From assembly GCA_012295275.1 (NCBI GenBank), contig CM022672.1:35740414-35804413 (forward strand): 64,000 nt of DNA, in the 5' to 3' direction. This document shows, piece after piece, positions 39,749 through 48,932 of the stretch (position 1 is its first letter; each line of letters opens with the position of its first letter). This DNA comes from Chrysomallon squamiferum (lineage: Eukaryota > Animalia > Mollusca). Both the position numbers and the translations under genes were made by a program. The notes under the pieces are model-generated. The model saw only the letters and a list, made by a program, of their open reading frames with translations. It ran no database searches and was not told the DNA's origin.

Positions 39749-41130
39749 GTATGCATGCAGATTTTCATACCAAATTTGAACTTTATCAAATTGTTTTCTT
39801 TAAATATACTGTTTTATATTTTTTAACACCTGTATACTGCCTGTATATTGTTCTTACATTATTGTTTTATAGTATTATGTAACTTATTTTTTTATGTTTC
39901 AGTAAATTTGAGTGTTACAAAAATATTCATATTTCAGCTTTCAACTGAAGGAAAATGTACTTCATCATTAACTTTTGAAGATTAAAATGTTTTCTTCAAA
40001 GCATCACTCGTACAAATATTCCAACATATGTAGTGTTGAAATTTTTATTTTTAACAAACCAATCAAACAAATCAATTGAAAGAGAAAAAGCTCAGAAATT
40101 CAAACAACAGAAGATAAAACGTCATTGGGAAGGTTCGGATTTGTTTATGTATTTGCCCAGATGTTCCAAAAGGTCACAATCAGTTTTAAATATCCCAGTC
40201 AGAACTCTGGTGACTGGCCATTTCAAGCCCAGCATACAGAACTGGGTCTGTCTTCCCAGTCATCACAGGGAACAATTAAGCAAAACCGTACTAACAATTA
40301 AGAAAGAAGAACAGAAATATATACAATATTATAAAATCAGTCACATAACACAAGAATAATATAAAAAGATATTGTATCACATTTAGCATTCATGATGAAT
40401 ACATGAAACACTAGGACATATATCACATTACATATCAGTATATAAATGTGTTCAGTTAAGTTCAGCTTGTGACAGTTTCTCTAATATTATAGTGGTTTGA
40501 CTTAGTTACTGTGTAACAACTGGCAGACAAGCATGTGATATTTATTTAATAATTTTAATCTTCTAAATTAGAATCATATACTTTTGCTCACAATATAATT
40601 TAGTGGTAGAATCTATTCTGAACAGTAACTCCTTCAAACAAAATTATAAATGAAACAAATAAAACTGATGAGATATATACTGAGAATAACTGATCTAATT
40701 CCTTATTAGCCATGCATGCAGTGATCTCAGGACTTCATATGTGAATGTGTAAACTAACAGCAATAAAAATATTTATTACAAACTTTGTTACACTGTAAGA
40801 TGTCCAAAATAATAAAAAATAATGGTGGTGTTTAAAGAATTTTATTACCCTGGGTTAATTTTAATTACGTGTTCTTCACATTTTCATCAATATTCATGTT
40901 TAAAAAAATGTCCTGATAATATGGGAACCTAATCTCAGTATTTAAAGCAAAAATATGTTACAGAAAATAAAAATAAAAAACAGAAGAACTATTTCAATGC
41001 CTTTCACAATGGGCTAATGTATTTGATTAACAAAAAATATAATTAAAAGAAAGGTCAGGAAATGTAACATACCTTGAGATGTTTTGGGCATCACCAAAAC
41101 TGGATCTGTGACCTTTTTCCCAGAAAACAT
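154..41130 (-). CDS. CEP350: CEP350/CAP350-like centrosomal protein gene, 5' portion (3' part including the expected CAP-Gly domain lies left of the window)
   Basis: Seventeen GT-AG exons from 20289 to 154 splice with consistent phases and no stops. The peptide has ordered motifs matching recalled human CEP350: RKISHLDDKY, LAKLKEKIRQQ, RKVASGPPVPQYKGF, IITTSSWRVGQELVRQKLGPA, SRKVLQDMQL, DQIKKYIAKQKAERHRRQREAK. The most 5' coding exons are uncertain. Confidence 0.85.
290..358. repeat. (GA)n microsatellite
   Basis: Direct reading; similar GA, CA, TAA and TATG tracts occur at ~1510, 19670, 27705, 37365, 48713 and 49782. Confidence 0.95.
526..883 (-). CDS. CEP350: CEP350-like exon (NVQIKSSSSTESERK...KFQARTS)
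   Basis: Acceptor ttttcacacag, donor cg|gtcagt, phase 1/2; overlaps ORF 498..782. Confidence 0.8.
1261..1423 (-). CDS. CEP350: CEP350-like exon (VAKQTKDRK...ADHYSVLNVFNRKMKQLGK)
   Basis: CAG acceptor, donor aag|gttaat, phase 0/1, open frame. Confidence 0.8.
2357..6370. repeat. ~4 kb intronic minisatellite of mixed 12/16-bp units GATGTA(TGGA|TGTA)ACTAAA
   Basis: Direct reading. Confidence 0.97.
6378..6479 (-). CDS. CEP350: CEP350-like exon (EKPEESSLSETSTFDDITVTEASESESDNSRPAK)
   Basis: TAG acceptor, donor aaa|gtaatt, 102 nt, phase 0/0. Confidence 0.8.
6966..7093 (-). CDS. CEP350: CEP350-like exon (TTDWKVKFMENNPLDKH...NRRSSL)
   Basis: Acceptor tttcag, donor ttg|gtaaat, phase 1/0. Confidence 0.8.
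7109..7340. repeat. 62-bp tandem repeat, ~3.7 copies
   Basis: ATAAGTTCAAG...GAAAGAG recurs every 62 bp. Confidence 0.92.
7606..7693 (-). CDS. CEP350: CEP350-like exon (KSSASAGVQVDRITGIQTPSFNEFSGSLP)
   Basis: Acceptor tttacag at 7694-7696 keeps the frame (phase 0/1); the neighbouring AG at 7702 would not; donor cag|gtttgt. Confidence 0.7.
7934..8171 (-). CDS. CEP350: CEP350-like exon (EEKVEERQMKNELLTKK...ADFWPI)
   Basis: Acceptor ttttag, donor atc|gtgaga, phase 2/0; ORF 7925..8188. Confidence 0.8.
8866..8984 (-). CDS. CEP350: CEP350-like exon (IGSQYHRLEEESFQQMDVEDESSTLTGDTEDDLTPVPTP)
   Basis: Acceptor ttgcag, donor cag|gtaaca, phase 0/2. Confidence 0.8.
9031..9841. repeat. 32-bp minisatellite CATGTACAGTCTGCTCACACTAAAACACTTCC
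   Basis: Direct reading, ~26 units including shortened variants. Confidence 0.95.
10059..10351 (-). CDS. CEP350: CEP350-like exon with conserved coiled-coil motif (DQIKKYIAKQKAERHRRQREAKQAQQIADQKRREQLDLL)
   Basis: Acceptor ttttag, donor tca|gtaagt, phase 1/0; resembles recalled CEP350 DEVRQYIVRQQEERKRKQNEEKKAQ. Confidence 0.88.
10455..11160. repeat. Degenerate CA-rich minisatellite (CACACTGA / CACTTACACATACTGA)
   Basis: Direct reading. Confidence 0.9.
11291..11359 (-). CDS. CEP350: CEP350-like exon (SEEYKKQEKKRLSVKRKAPRQS)
   Basis: Acceptor ttttttag, donor cag|gtttgt, phase 1/1. Confidence 0.78.
11955..12101 (-). CDS. CEP350: CEP350-like exon (EKENGEDAQTES...ISEESRKVLQDMQLQEEEQADHEK)
   Basis: Acceptor ttttcag, donor aga|gtatga, phase 1/1. 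Confidence 0.82.
12525..13110. repeat. 19-bp minisatellite CAAACATTCTGTATTGTGT
   Basis: Direct reading. Confidence 0.95.
13325..13438 (-). CDS. CEP350: CEP350-like exon (IITTSSWRVGQELVRQKLGPAKTK...)
   Basis: Acceptor tttccag, donor aag|gtataa, phase 1/1; strong match to recalled CEP350 ISTSSWRDGQKLVKKILGPAP. Confidence 0.9.
13815..15857. repeat. ~2 kb minisatellite of AATCAG(TG)nT / AAACAG(TG)nT units
   Basis: Direct reading. Confidence 0.95.
15863..15943 (-). CDS. CEP350: CEP350-like exon (MEEVEKVKKPKRVVAAEKKSSKQGAR)
   Basis: Poly-T tract plus AAG acceptor, donor gag|gtacgt, phase 1/1. Confidence 0.78.
16350..16594. repeat. ~83-bp tandem repeat x3 that includes the exon end and splice donor
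   Basis: CCGTACCTTCACATTTCTTGTCTTT occurs three times. Confidence 0.92.
16577..16687 (-). CDS. CEP350: CEP350-like exon (GFAVVDKRMFPAYH...KDKKCE)
   Basis: Acceptor ttttctcaag, donor aag|gtacgg, phase 1/1; completes the YK|GF motif. Confidence 0.8.
17038..17223 (-). CDS. CEP350: CEP350-like exon (SSRDEMLVTAV...SRKVASGPPVPQYK)
   Basis: CAG acceptor, donor aag|gttaaa, phase 1/1; matches recalled CEP350 RKVATAPPAPAYKGF. Confidence 0.87.
17555..17614 (-). CDS. CEP350: CEP350-like exon (ILAKLKEKIRQQRLNHSLS)
   Basis: Acceptor ggcag, donor cag|gtgagc, phase 1/1; resembles recalled LENLKERIRKQ. Confidence 0.83.
18980..19519 (-). CDS. CEP350: CEP350-like large exon (DKYVEEESEPGEW...TDLPQED)
   Basis: 540-nt exon inside the 187-aa ORF 18963..19526; acceptor tttgacag, donor acg|gtaata, phase 1/1. 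Confidence 0.85.
20217..20289 (-). CDS. CEP350: CEP350-like exon (PFPKTEHSVKSKLTQSVRRKISHL)
   Basis: Acceptor ttttacag, donor tag|gttaga, phase 0/1; the spliced RKISHLDDKY resembles recalled RKISRKDGRY. Confidence 0.78.
21523..21722. repeat. ~57-bp tandem repeat, ~3.5 copies
   Basis: GGTTAAAC..CTAAGATGTTTGCAATACACCTGTAC repeated. Confidence 0.88.
21708..21739 (-). CDS. Candidate micro-exon of the CEP350-like gene (IRKVRKTLVQ)
   Basis: Acceptor ctaacag, donor cag|gtgtat, phase 1/0; fits the frame but is unconfirmed. Confidence 0.35.
23135..23325. repeat. 46-bp tandem repeat, ~3-4 copies
   Basis: TGAATACTTAAAGTTAGCAAGTCATCATATCTTGTCAGTATTTACAG. Confidence 0.88.
24451..24500 (-). CDS. Candidate small exon of the CEP350-like gene (frame ambiguous)
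   Basis: Strong sites tttcttcag and cag|gtgagt; all three frames are open. Confidence 0.5.
25633..25848. repeat. ~110-bp tandem duplication
   Basis: CAGCAGAGAGGTAAACACTACAAG... occurs twice. Confidence 0.85.
28934..29218. repeat. 47-bp minisatellite x6
   Basis: AACTCTTGCTAGTTTTAATTC..TTCGAAGTAATAAATTCTATTACA. Confidence 0.93.
30190..30378 (-). CDS. Candidate symmetric exon (QGQIPQTLFY...NIASWDRSHSLTMKMMDMRL...)
   Basis: 189-nt open island of higher complexity; acceptor cttacaacag, weak donor aag|gtttcg, phase 1/1; within ORF 30140..30421. Confidence 0.3.
30695..31268. repeat. ~23-bp minisatellite ATGTAACATAATGCTATACAGAC
   Basis: Direct reading. Confidence 0.93.
31269..31295 (-). CDS. Candidate 27-nt micro-exon
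   Basis: Acceptor ttctcattag, donor gag|gtaaca; frame undetermined. Confidence 0.35.
32510..32985. repeat. 26-bp minisatellite AAGTCRGYCAGTCATAAGATGTTTTS
   Basis: Direct reading, ~18 units. Confidence 0.95.
37135..37320 (+). mobile_element. Degenerate SINE remnant with Nin-domain-like sequence
   Basis: TAAAATATTCCTTGCTGTTAAGTGGAAAAGAGTAGCCTATGAAGTG resembles the recalled Nin core TAAAAGATCCCTTGCTGCTAATCGGAAAGAGTAGCCCATG; recognised from memory only. Confidence 0.5.
38288..38560. repeat. ~35-bp minisatellite AAATGTTACCATGTTTACGTGGAATAACAGACACA
   Basis: Direct reading, ~8 units. Confidence 0.93.
39283..39609. mobile_element. MITE copy 1 (more degraded; opposite orientation to the copy at 44453)
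   Basis: Starts CAGGTACCGGACCAATTATCCGG, ends with partial TIR GGATAATTGGTC; internal sequence is the reverse complement of 44453-44777. Confidence 0.82.
41073..41130 (-). CDS. CEP350: Probable first coding segment of the CEP350-like gene (MFSGKKVTDPVLVMPKTSQ), within exon 41073-41196
   Basis: Exon has acceptor ttttcag (41197) and donor aag|gtatgt; the upstream part has stops in all frames; ATG in aacATG context opens a frame to the donor. Confidence 0.6.
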
Positions 41131-41505
41131 GTTGCTATGTCAACCTTATGTTAAAACAAAGAATTCCTATTTTATCCATTTCCATAAAGGTCCGATCTGA
41201 AAATAAACAAGTTATGATTAAAAGCTTAACTTTATATGCTAGAAGAACAAAAGTACAGAGACCAAATACAAGTGATAAGTGAGAATTCTTAATACCAATA
41301 CCATACTTGTGTCCCATGTCAGTTCACATTCAGCTGATATGTCTATGAAGAAACCATATATTTGATGTGATTTTCAACATTTGTAAATATATTAAATAAA
41401 AATATGAAACCACAGTTAAAACCAATAATCACAAACCATAATTAGATGATAATGTAGATAGCCCAGGTTCCAAATTTTATTGCAACATGAATGCCTGTAA
41501 TACCT

Positions 41506-42056
41506 AAAAAAGGAGTAAATGTTCTGTTTATGTTTTTCTTGTCTAAGTCTGAAATAAACAACTACAATTATTAGTTAAGAGAGGATATATTTATCTTCAA
41601 AACACAGAACAATAACACTTAACATATTTAATTTAGAAATCATTATCAATCAAACTTTATCAAACTCTTGCATGCTATTTTTTCTCAGTCTCTTGTCTGT
41701 AGTTCTAATTATTTTTAAGAGGTTGTGATTTTTACTTTGTCTGAAATTTGAAAACTCTGATTTCTGCTGTCTCGTTTGCAAACATTTTGAGAAGTTGAAT
41801 TTGTAGCAGTCATGGATTCTTAAGAAAAGAAGATATATTAACTTTACCAGTAAACCATTTAAAGAAAATTGGGCAGAAAATGTGAAAAAAGCTTCTTGTT
41901 TTTCGTGTCAACAATTTGTTTTTGTTTTCACAATGTCACACACAGAACTGTGCCTGATGGAAAAAGCAAAGACAACCATTACACATGATTCACTTCAGTG
42001 AACTGTCACACAATAAGGTTAACACTTTTATAAAAACTCCTATTCACTGGTTCTAA
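41506..42056. repeat. Intronic segment copied elsewhere in the window (inverted at 57612-58163; partial direct copy at 45779-46003)
   Basis: Visual alignment, e.g. GGAGTAAATGTTCTGTTTATG vs CATAAACAGAACATTTACTC, and CACTGGTTCTAAAA vs TTTTAGAACCAGTG. Confidence 0.88.
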
Positions 42057-42457
42057 AATCTTTTAACTATGTTCTTCTTCCTGTTACACACATAAACTGA
42101 AGAAATATTAATATTTACTAAATTTATAACTAGTATTTGTGATGCTGTTATAAGCACATTCCTAGTGAATTGACAAAAATTTCATGGGATACAAATAGTT
42201 AAGTAGTGTTAAAAAATTAGGAATTCTGCTGATATTAGAACAATTTATAATTAGGTTTAATTCTTTCTGAACCAATCAACAGATCCAATTCCTCATGTTT
42301 AAAAAAGTACAATTCTGAAATAGTGTGGTAACAAAAACTTAATTAAGTGCACTGAAACAACTGTAATCAGTCCAGTTAGATCTGTTAATATAAAATTAAT
42401 TTACTAAAGAATTATTTTACACATAAATAAAGTTAATGCATAACAAAAATAATAAAA

Positions 42458-42492
<35 letters not shown>

Positions 42493-43589
42493 ATTGTTAA
42501 AAGTTACTATTGAATCTATAGATAAAATGCATTCTTAGATCAAGTTTCTTTTAAAGATTTGGTGGCCTGTCATTATAACCGGTTTCATATAAGTTTGTTT
42601 ACAGTGCACATTTATGTTTTTACAAAACGCTTCTTGTAATTGTTAATTTACATCACAGATAGGGGAAAAAGGCATGGATATTTAAATAAACAAATATGTT
42701 TATCTATGTTATTGTTTAACACACATGAATTCTAAAGATTGGTCTTTAGCATTGTACATTATGTAGGTAATCAAAAATCTTAATAACTTGTTCAAAATAA
42801 ACTAATTCTACATGATTGTCGAGTAAAAATTAGAATAATGTAATGATATGTGTGTGTGTGTGTGTGTGCACATGTATGGTTATGCTGTGTGTATGTGGTG
42901 CCTGTATGGGTATTTTGTGTGTCTCAGTGCAGTGTACATATATATATGACTTGTAAATTAAATTATAGTCAGTAACAATCTGCAGTTTAAACTTTGATTC
43001 CCAAAGAAAATGTGTTTTAATAATAACATTCAGACAACTTACAATACTTAAGAGATACTGAAAATTTAAAAGTTGATTGATAAAATTTGTTGCCATTAAG
43101 TTAATGACATGACTACACCTTAGATAATAATGTACTTTCTTTTCTATAATTAATTTAACAAAATAGAATGCAATATTTTTATTTTTTTTTTGTTTCTTCT
43201 GTATATGCCTGGTTTGTATCACAGTTTTTCTCTTATATCCAAAGAATTCAAAATTTATAGGGATGTAAATCACATTCTGTATTACTATTTTCCTTGTTTA
43301 AACATTTGTACGTAAATAACTGTCAGAGATTTTGTTTTAAAATGTTTTAGTCAGTTGACAATTTATATCATTAATATTTATTTCTATGTTGATTTCACAG
43401 GTAAAACAAAATCGAAAGAAAAGTAGGATTATCTCTGATTTGGAAATGTGCCTTAAACGAAGATCATGTCCCTTTTACATTTTTATGTTATGTCGCCTGT
43501 AACAGTTGCATTATTCATTTTATAATATCATTAACGATGCTAATAATAAATCAAGATCAACAACACGGATATATTTAACATTATTAGAA

Positions 43590-43639
<50 letters not shown>

Positions 43640-43914
43640 CTTCTACTACTAAGAATAATAATAAATAAATATATAAATATCTGAATCTAAAATCATTATA
43701 AATAATTTTTATAAAAGAAACTTAAAGAGTGGCATCAAACACGGCACAAAAATGTATAAATAGTGACGAATTGAGCAATATAAATATTAGAGGTAAACCT
43801 GAATCAATGATTTTTCAATGACCTGTCCGGGTCAATTTAAGAGTGCGAGTGTAACTAAGATAAATAAAACGCTATTGTGCACGTAAAAATGAATATTGAA
43901 AGCTATCAATTTAC

Positions 43915-43990
43915 CTCATTGGAATCCTGGAATCTTTAATTAGTCCAATGTCAAAGTAAAATGATCAATAGAAAGGCACAACTTCCTGTG
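43915..43990 (-). other. Probable non-coding first exon (5' boundary approximate)
   Basis: Donor gag|gtaaat at 43914, immediately downstream of the promoter motif cluster. Confidence 0.45.
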
Positions 43991-44110
43991 CAAAATATTT
44001 ACAAACAAGTCCTAACATCTCTTCTGAACTACCCGCCATGGAATGAACTTCCGTTGTCACGGATAAAATACTTCTCCATAATAAAATGTCCCGGAAGTAA
44101 AACTTGCCGC
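43975..44110 (-). promoter_or_regulatory. Putative TATA-less core promoter of the CEP350-like gene
   Basis: Local CpG enrichment; ETS-type ACTTCCTG (43981), ACTTCCG (44047), CCGGAAGT (44091-44098); YY1-like CGCCAT (44034); X-box-like GTTGTCACGGATAA (44053-44066). Confidence 0.6.
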
Positions 44111-44267
44111 TTAACATGACTCAAATAATGTGCAATAAATGAAATAGATTTTAGGCAAGTAAAATTGTCTCTTACGTTTGCTTCAACATTTTATTAAAAA
44201 TGTTGTGATTGTACTGATTTAGTTTTTATTTTCTTGACTTTATTTTAATCTTTTATTGTATTATTTC

Positions 44268-44304
<37 letters not shown>

Positions 44305-44362
44305 TTGTTTATTATTTTTAATAATTAGTTATTTATAACATTACGGTGAATAATTAACGGAA

Positions 44363-44416
<54 letters not shown>

Positions 44417-44452
44417 TTATTTATTTTTATTTATTACAATAAAATTGCAATA

Positions 44453-44777
44453 CAGGTACCGGACCAATTATCCGGAATCCTTGGGGCCTGAGGCATTCCG
44501 GATTTCTGGTACCAAAGCATCTAAATACGTAAATAATTAGACATAAACATTTTAAAAGTAAAAACATAAAGAAAATTGACGATACACAACTGTGGCGACT
44601 CGACACGACACGTACACAGTGCGGCGAGTGAATGCATGTCACGCGGCTTGAAAGGGTAGTTCCGGTCTGGTGAGGACAACACCCGCGGCGCGAACTATGA
44701 AAATAGCGTCGGGAAAAAACTTCTGGTTTTCTGGTCTTTCCGGATTTCATGACGCCGGATAATTTGTCCGGTATCTG
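44453..44777. mobile_element. Non-autonomous DNA transposon (MITE), Tc1/mariner (pogo/Tigger-like) type
   Basis: 23-bp TIRs CAGGTACCGGACCAATTATCCGG / CCGGATAATTTGTCCGGTATCTG (2 mismatches), flanked by TA on both sides, no transposase ORF. Confidence 0.88.
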
Positions 44778-44991
44778 TATATAAAACCGAATACATATTT
44801 CTTATTACTAATATCCACAAATTAAAACTGTATCCAAGACACTTTGAATTTGGCTATTATTATTAATTGTTAAAGGCGACAAAATAACTAACTTGCTTGT
44901 CTCATTTATTTTACCTGCCGATGTGTATGTAGACAGGCTACCGACTGTGAAAATAACTTTCTGCATTAAGTATGTTCCTGTTATCCGTTAA

Positions 44992-45061
<70 letters not shown>

Positions 45062-45141
45062 TGTATCATTCATTATTTTTGTTTTAGTTTCTAATAATAA
45101 TTTTAATTCTTACTAAGTTCTTTCTGTTATTTCATTTCAGG

Positions 45142-45686
45142 TGAAAAGTTATCCTTTCTCTTTGAATATACATCTATATATATTTTTAATGAGAGACCCA
45201 ATACAGAAGTACCAAAACGTTCCCACGAAGCTCTCTTTAGATACAGAAGTACCAAAACATTCCCACGAAGCTCTCTTTAGATACAGAAGTACCAAAACGT
45301 TCCCACGAAGCTCTCTTTAGATACAGAAGTATCAAAACATTACCTCGAAGCTCTCTTTAGATACAGAAGTGCCAAAACATTCCCATGAAGCTCTCTTTAT
45401 AGCAGTGGAGTGCAGAGGGCAGCGCGTCCGAAGTGGGGGGGGGGGTCCCGGGCATCCAAATGGGAAAAAGAACACTTAATAAACATGGTTGATTTATATA
45501 CAATTCAGTTTCACCCCTGTTTACATAATTCAAAATATCTTCCTTTCTCATAGTATTTCTCAGTACTAGGCCTTATACTCTTTTGAGTGTTTTGAGTTTA
45601 TTTATCTTTTTCGTCTTATTATCATTATTATAATCATCATATCGCCACATCAACATCTGTACTGTTATTATTACTGTTACTATTAC

Positions 45687-45740
<54 letters not shown>

Positions 45741-47485
45741 GAACTAGAAAGACTTTTTACATTTGAGAAGTTAATACCAACAACATACTGAGTTTACAAC
45801 CATTTAAAGAAAATTGGGCAGAAAATGTGAAAAAAACTTCTTGTTTTTCGTGTCAACAATTTGCTTTTGTTTTCACAATATGTCACACACAGAACTGTGC
45901 CTGATGGAAAAAGCAAAGACAACCATTACACATGATTCACTTCAGTGAACTGTCACACAATAAGGTTAACACTTTTATAAAAACTCCTATTCACTGGTTC
46001 TAAAACGTTCCCACGAAGCTCTCTTTAGATACAGAAGTACCAAAACATTCCCACGAATCTCTCTTTAGATACAGAAGTACCAAAACATTCCCACGAATCT
46101 CTCTTTAGATACAGAAGTACCAAAACATTCCCACGAATCTCTCTTTAGATACAGAAGTACCAAAACATTCCCACGAATCTCTCTTTAGATACAGAAGTAC
46201 CAAAACGTTCCCACGAAGCTCTCTTTAGATACAGAAGTACCAAAACGTTCCTACGAAGCTCTCTTTAGATACAGAACTACCAAAACATTCCCACGAAGCT
46301 CTCTTTAGATACAGAAGTGCCGAAACATTACCACGAATCTCTCTTTATAGCAGTGGAGTGCAGAGGGCAGCGCGTCCGAAGTGGGGGGGGGGTCCCGGGC
46401 ATCCAAATGGGAAAAAGAACACTTAATAAACATGGTTGGTTTATATACAATTCTGTTTCACCCCTGTTTACATAATTCAAAATATCTTCCTTTCTCATAG
46501 TATTTCTCAGTACTAGGCCTTATACTCTTTTGAGTGTTTTGAGTTTATTTATCTTTTTCGTCTTATTATCATTATTATAATCATCATATCGCCACATCAA
46601 CATCTGTACTGTTATTATTACTGTTACTATTACTATTATTATTATTATTATTATTATGAACTAGAAAGACTTTTTACATTTGAGAAGTTAATACCAACAA
46701 CATACTGAGTTTACAACAAAAATTTCAATTAATATATGAAATTAACCAAAAACAACAAAAACCCTGGTGTCCTTATAAAGTTCTCTAGTTTTTGAAGAGG
46801 AAGAAAGTAAAGAAAAAAAAGAAAAAAAAAAAAGAAAGAAAAAAAAAGAAAAGAAATTTATATGAATATTCATAAATCTAAAGAAATATAGGTTTTTCAA
46901 CGATTTGTATTTTGTATATAGTGTATTCATCCATCCATCCATCCAACTATGTCATAAAATAATGAATGTGTCATATTGTCTAATTGGCTATGAGTTAATA
47001 TTGATGTATTGTTCATTAAATGCCTCTGAATTATGGCCACAGTGCAAATACAGTCATCTGGCTTCTCTTGTTAACATTGCATCTGAAATGAACCTGGTAT
47101 TGTTTTCTACCATAATTTCTATAACTGTTTTGTGATTATTTCTATATAATAATGAAAATAAAAAATATTATTTTAAATGTTTATCTTTAAAATGTTTAAT
47201 AGCATAGGCCACACGTTTATAACATGATAATACAATAAATCTTTGACTGTTAAAGAGTATAAGTAAAAAAATAATAAATAAGAAAAACATAATGCACACT
47301 GGGTCACAAGATCCTCAATGACACGATATTTAGTTTTTCTAGACGTTGTTATGGATTTAAATGTTTAAAATGTTAACTTATCTGGATACAGACCAATCAT
47401 TTTTGCTCTGAACCACTTTCGCACAGTTAACATAAAACTTAAGGTTATTCTTAAATAAAAAAAGGTGAATATGTATAATACAATG

Positions 47486-47523
<38 letters not shown>

Positions 47524-48481
47524 TGTGTGTGGAAAAACTAAAACTATATATATATATTCAAAACAATTTATGTTCTGTTCATGTATCTGCATAACTTCAC
47601 CTATCTTACTTGATTAATTAATTTATTTATCATCATACTCATTATTGACGGTAAAGTTGAGTTATTTTTATCGTTGTGTTTATTTTAGTCATTAAGACAT
47701 TAAGCAAATAATCTATTTTAAAAATATAACAAAAGAAATATATTATTGCTAAACAAATATATTATTACTATACTGGCCAAAGAGTCTAGACACTAAAACA
47801 TTAAATTTTTAGTTAGAGTATAGTATAGTATAGTGGTATTTACAACGTAATAATATAATACAATAGAATAGAATAGAACAGATTACTACTGAATATAATT
47901 CGCTATAGTGTAGTGTAGTGTAGTGTAGTGTAGTGTAGTGTAGTGTAGTGTAGTGTAGTGTAGTGTAGTTTAGTATAGGATGGTATAGTGTAATATAATA
48001 AAGTGTAATGATAGAATAGAATAGAACTGAATATAATTCGCTATAGTGTAGTGTAGTGTACTATAGTATAGTATAGTATAGCAGAGAAGAGTATAGTGTC
48101 ATATAAGTACAACGTAATGATAGAATAGAACAGAATACAAATGAATATAAATCTCTGCAGTGTAGTGCAGTATATTATAGTATAGTATAGTCTAGTGTAA
48201 TATAATAAAATAACACAACATAAAATATAATGTATATATGGACTGGAACGGAATATGATGCGAGATTTGCATGTAACGCATACGCTCAATGAAATCCGTG
48301 ATGTCATTCGATCGTGGTCGGATATATATGTTACTGGTAAACAAATATATTATTACTATACAAAGAGTTTACACACTAACACGTTAAATTTTGATTTCGC
48401 GCACAGAAAAATATTGGACAGCGGAGACTCAGTCTTTTTTGCCGTAAAGCGACGAACGTTACCAAGTTTTGTGACAAAACT
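45142..48481. repeat. Left arm of a large inverted duplication; contains 40-bp minisatellite blocks and an internal direct duplication (45402-45778 and 46350-46718)
   Basis: Reverse complement of 54745-57815; mirrored ORFs (46905+/56064-, 48041-/54940+, 48255+/54741-). Confidence 0.92.
48250..48481 (+). promoter_or_regulatory. CpG-rich promoter-like module at the inner end of the left arm
   Basis: Octamer ATTTGCAT 48265-48272, E2F-like TTTCGCGC 48395-48402, Inr-like TCAGTC 48429-48434. Confidence 0.35.
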
Positions 48482-48707
48482 ATAAAATATGACTGGTTAC
48501 ATAGTTAATTAATTAGATAATGAACTTTATGGCGATACTATGATTACTGTTACTACCAATACTATGTAATTTACTTATTAATTAATGGTATTTTATTTCA
48601 ATAATATTGCAAATGTTTTTATTTATTTATTTGTTTATAAAAAAAAAAAAAAAAAAAAACATATTCTCTGGTGTCCAGCGTTTTATTTTTGCCTCCACTT
48701 ATGGGGG

Positions 48708-48801
<94 letters not shown>

Positions 48802-48890
48802 AAGTTGAAATAATAACTGATTTTTCACTTATTTGTAAAGCTTTGATTCTTTGCACAAAAAATATTTTGTTATTGTTATTACTGTTATGG

Positions 48891-48932
<42 letters not shown>

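Noticed and set aside
40120-40290. Complex-looking island after a TAG acceptor
   Set aside because: Stops occur in all three minus-strand frames and there is no clear donor; the plus-strand ORF has no recognisable features.
39255-44750. Similar ORFs at 39255+ and 44427-
   Set aside because: Both lie within the two MITE copies, have discordant frames and show no transposase motif.
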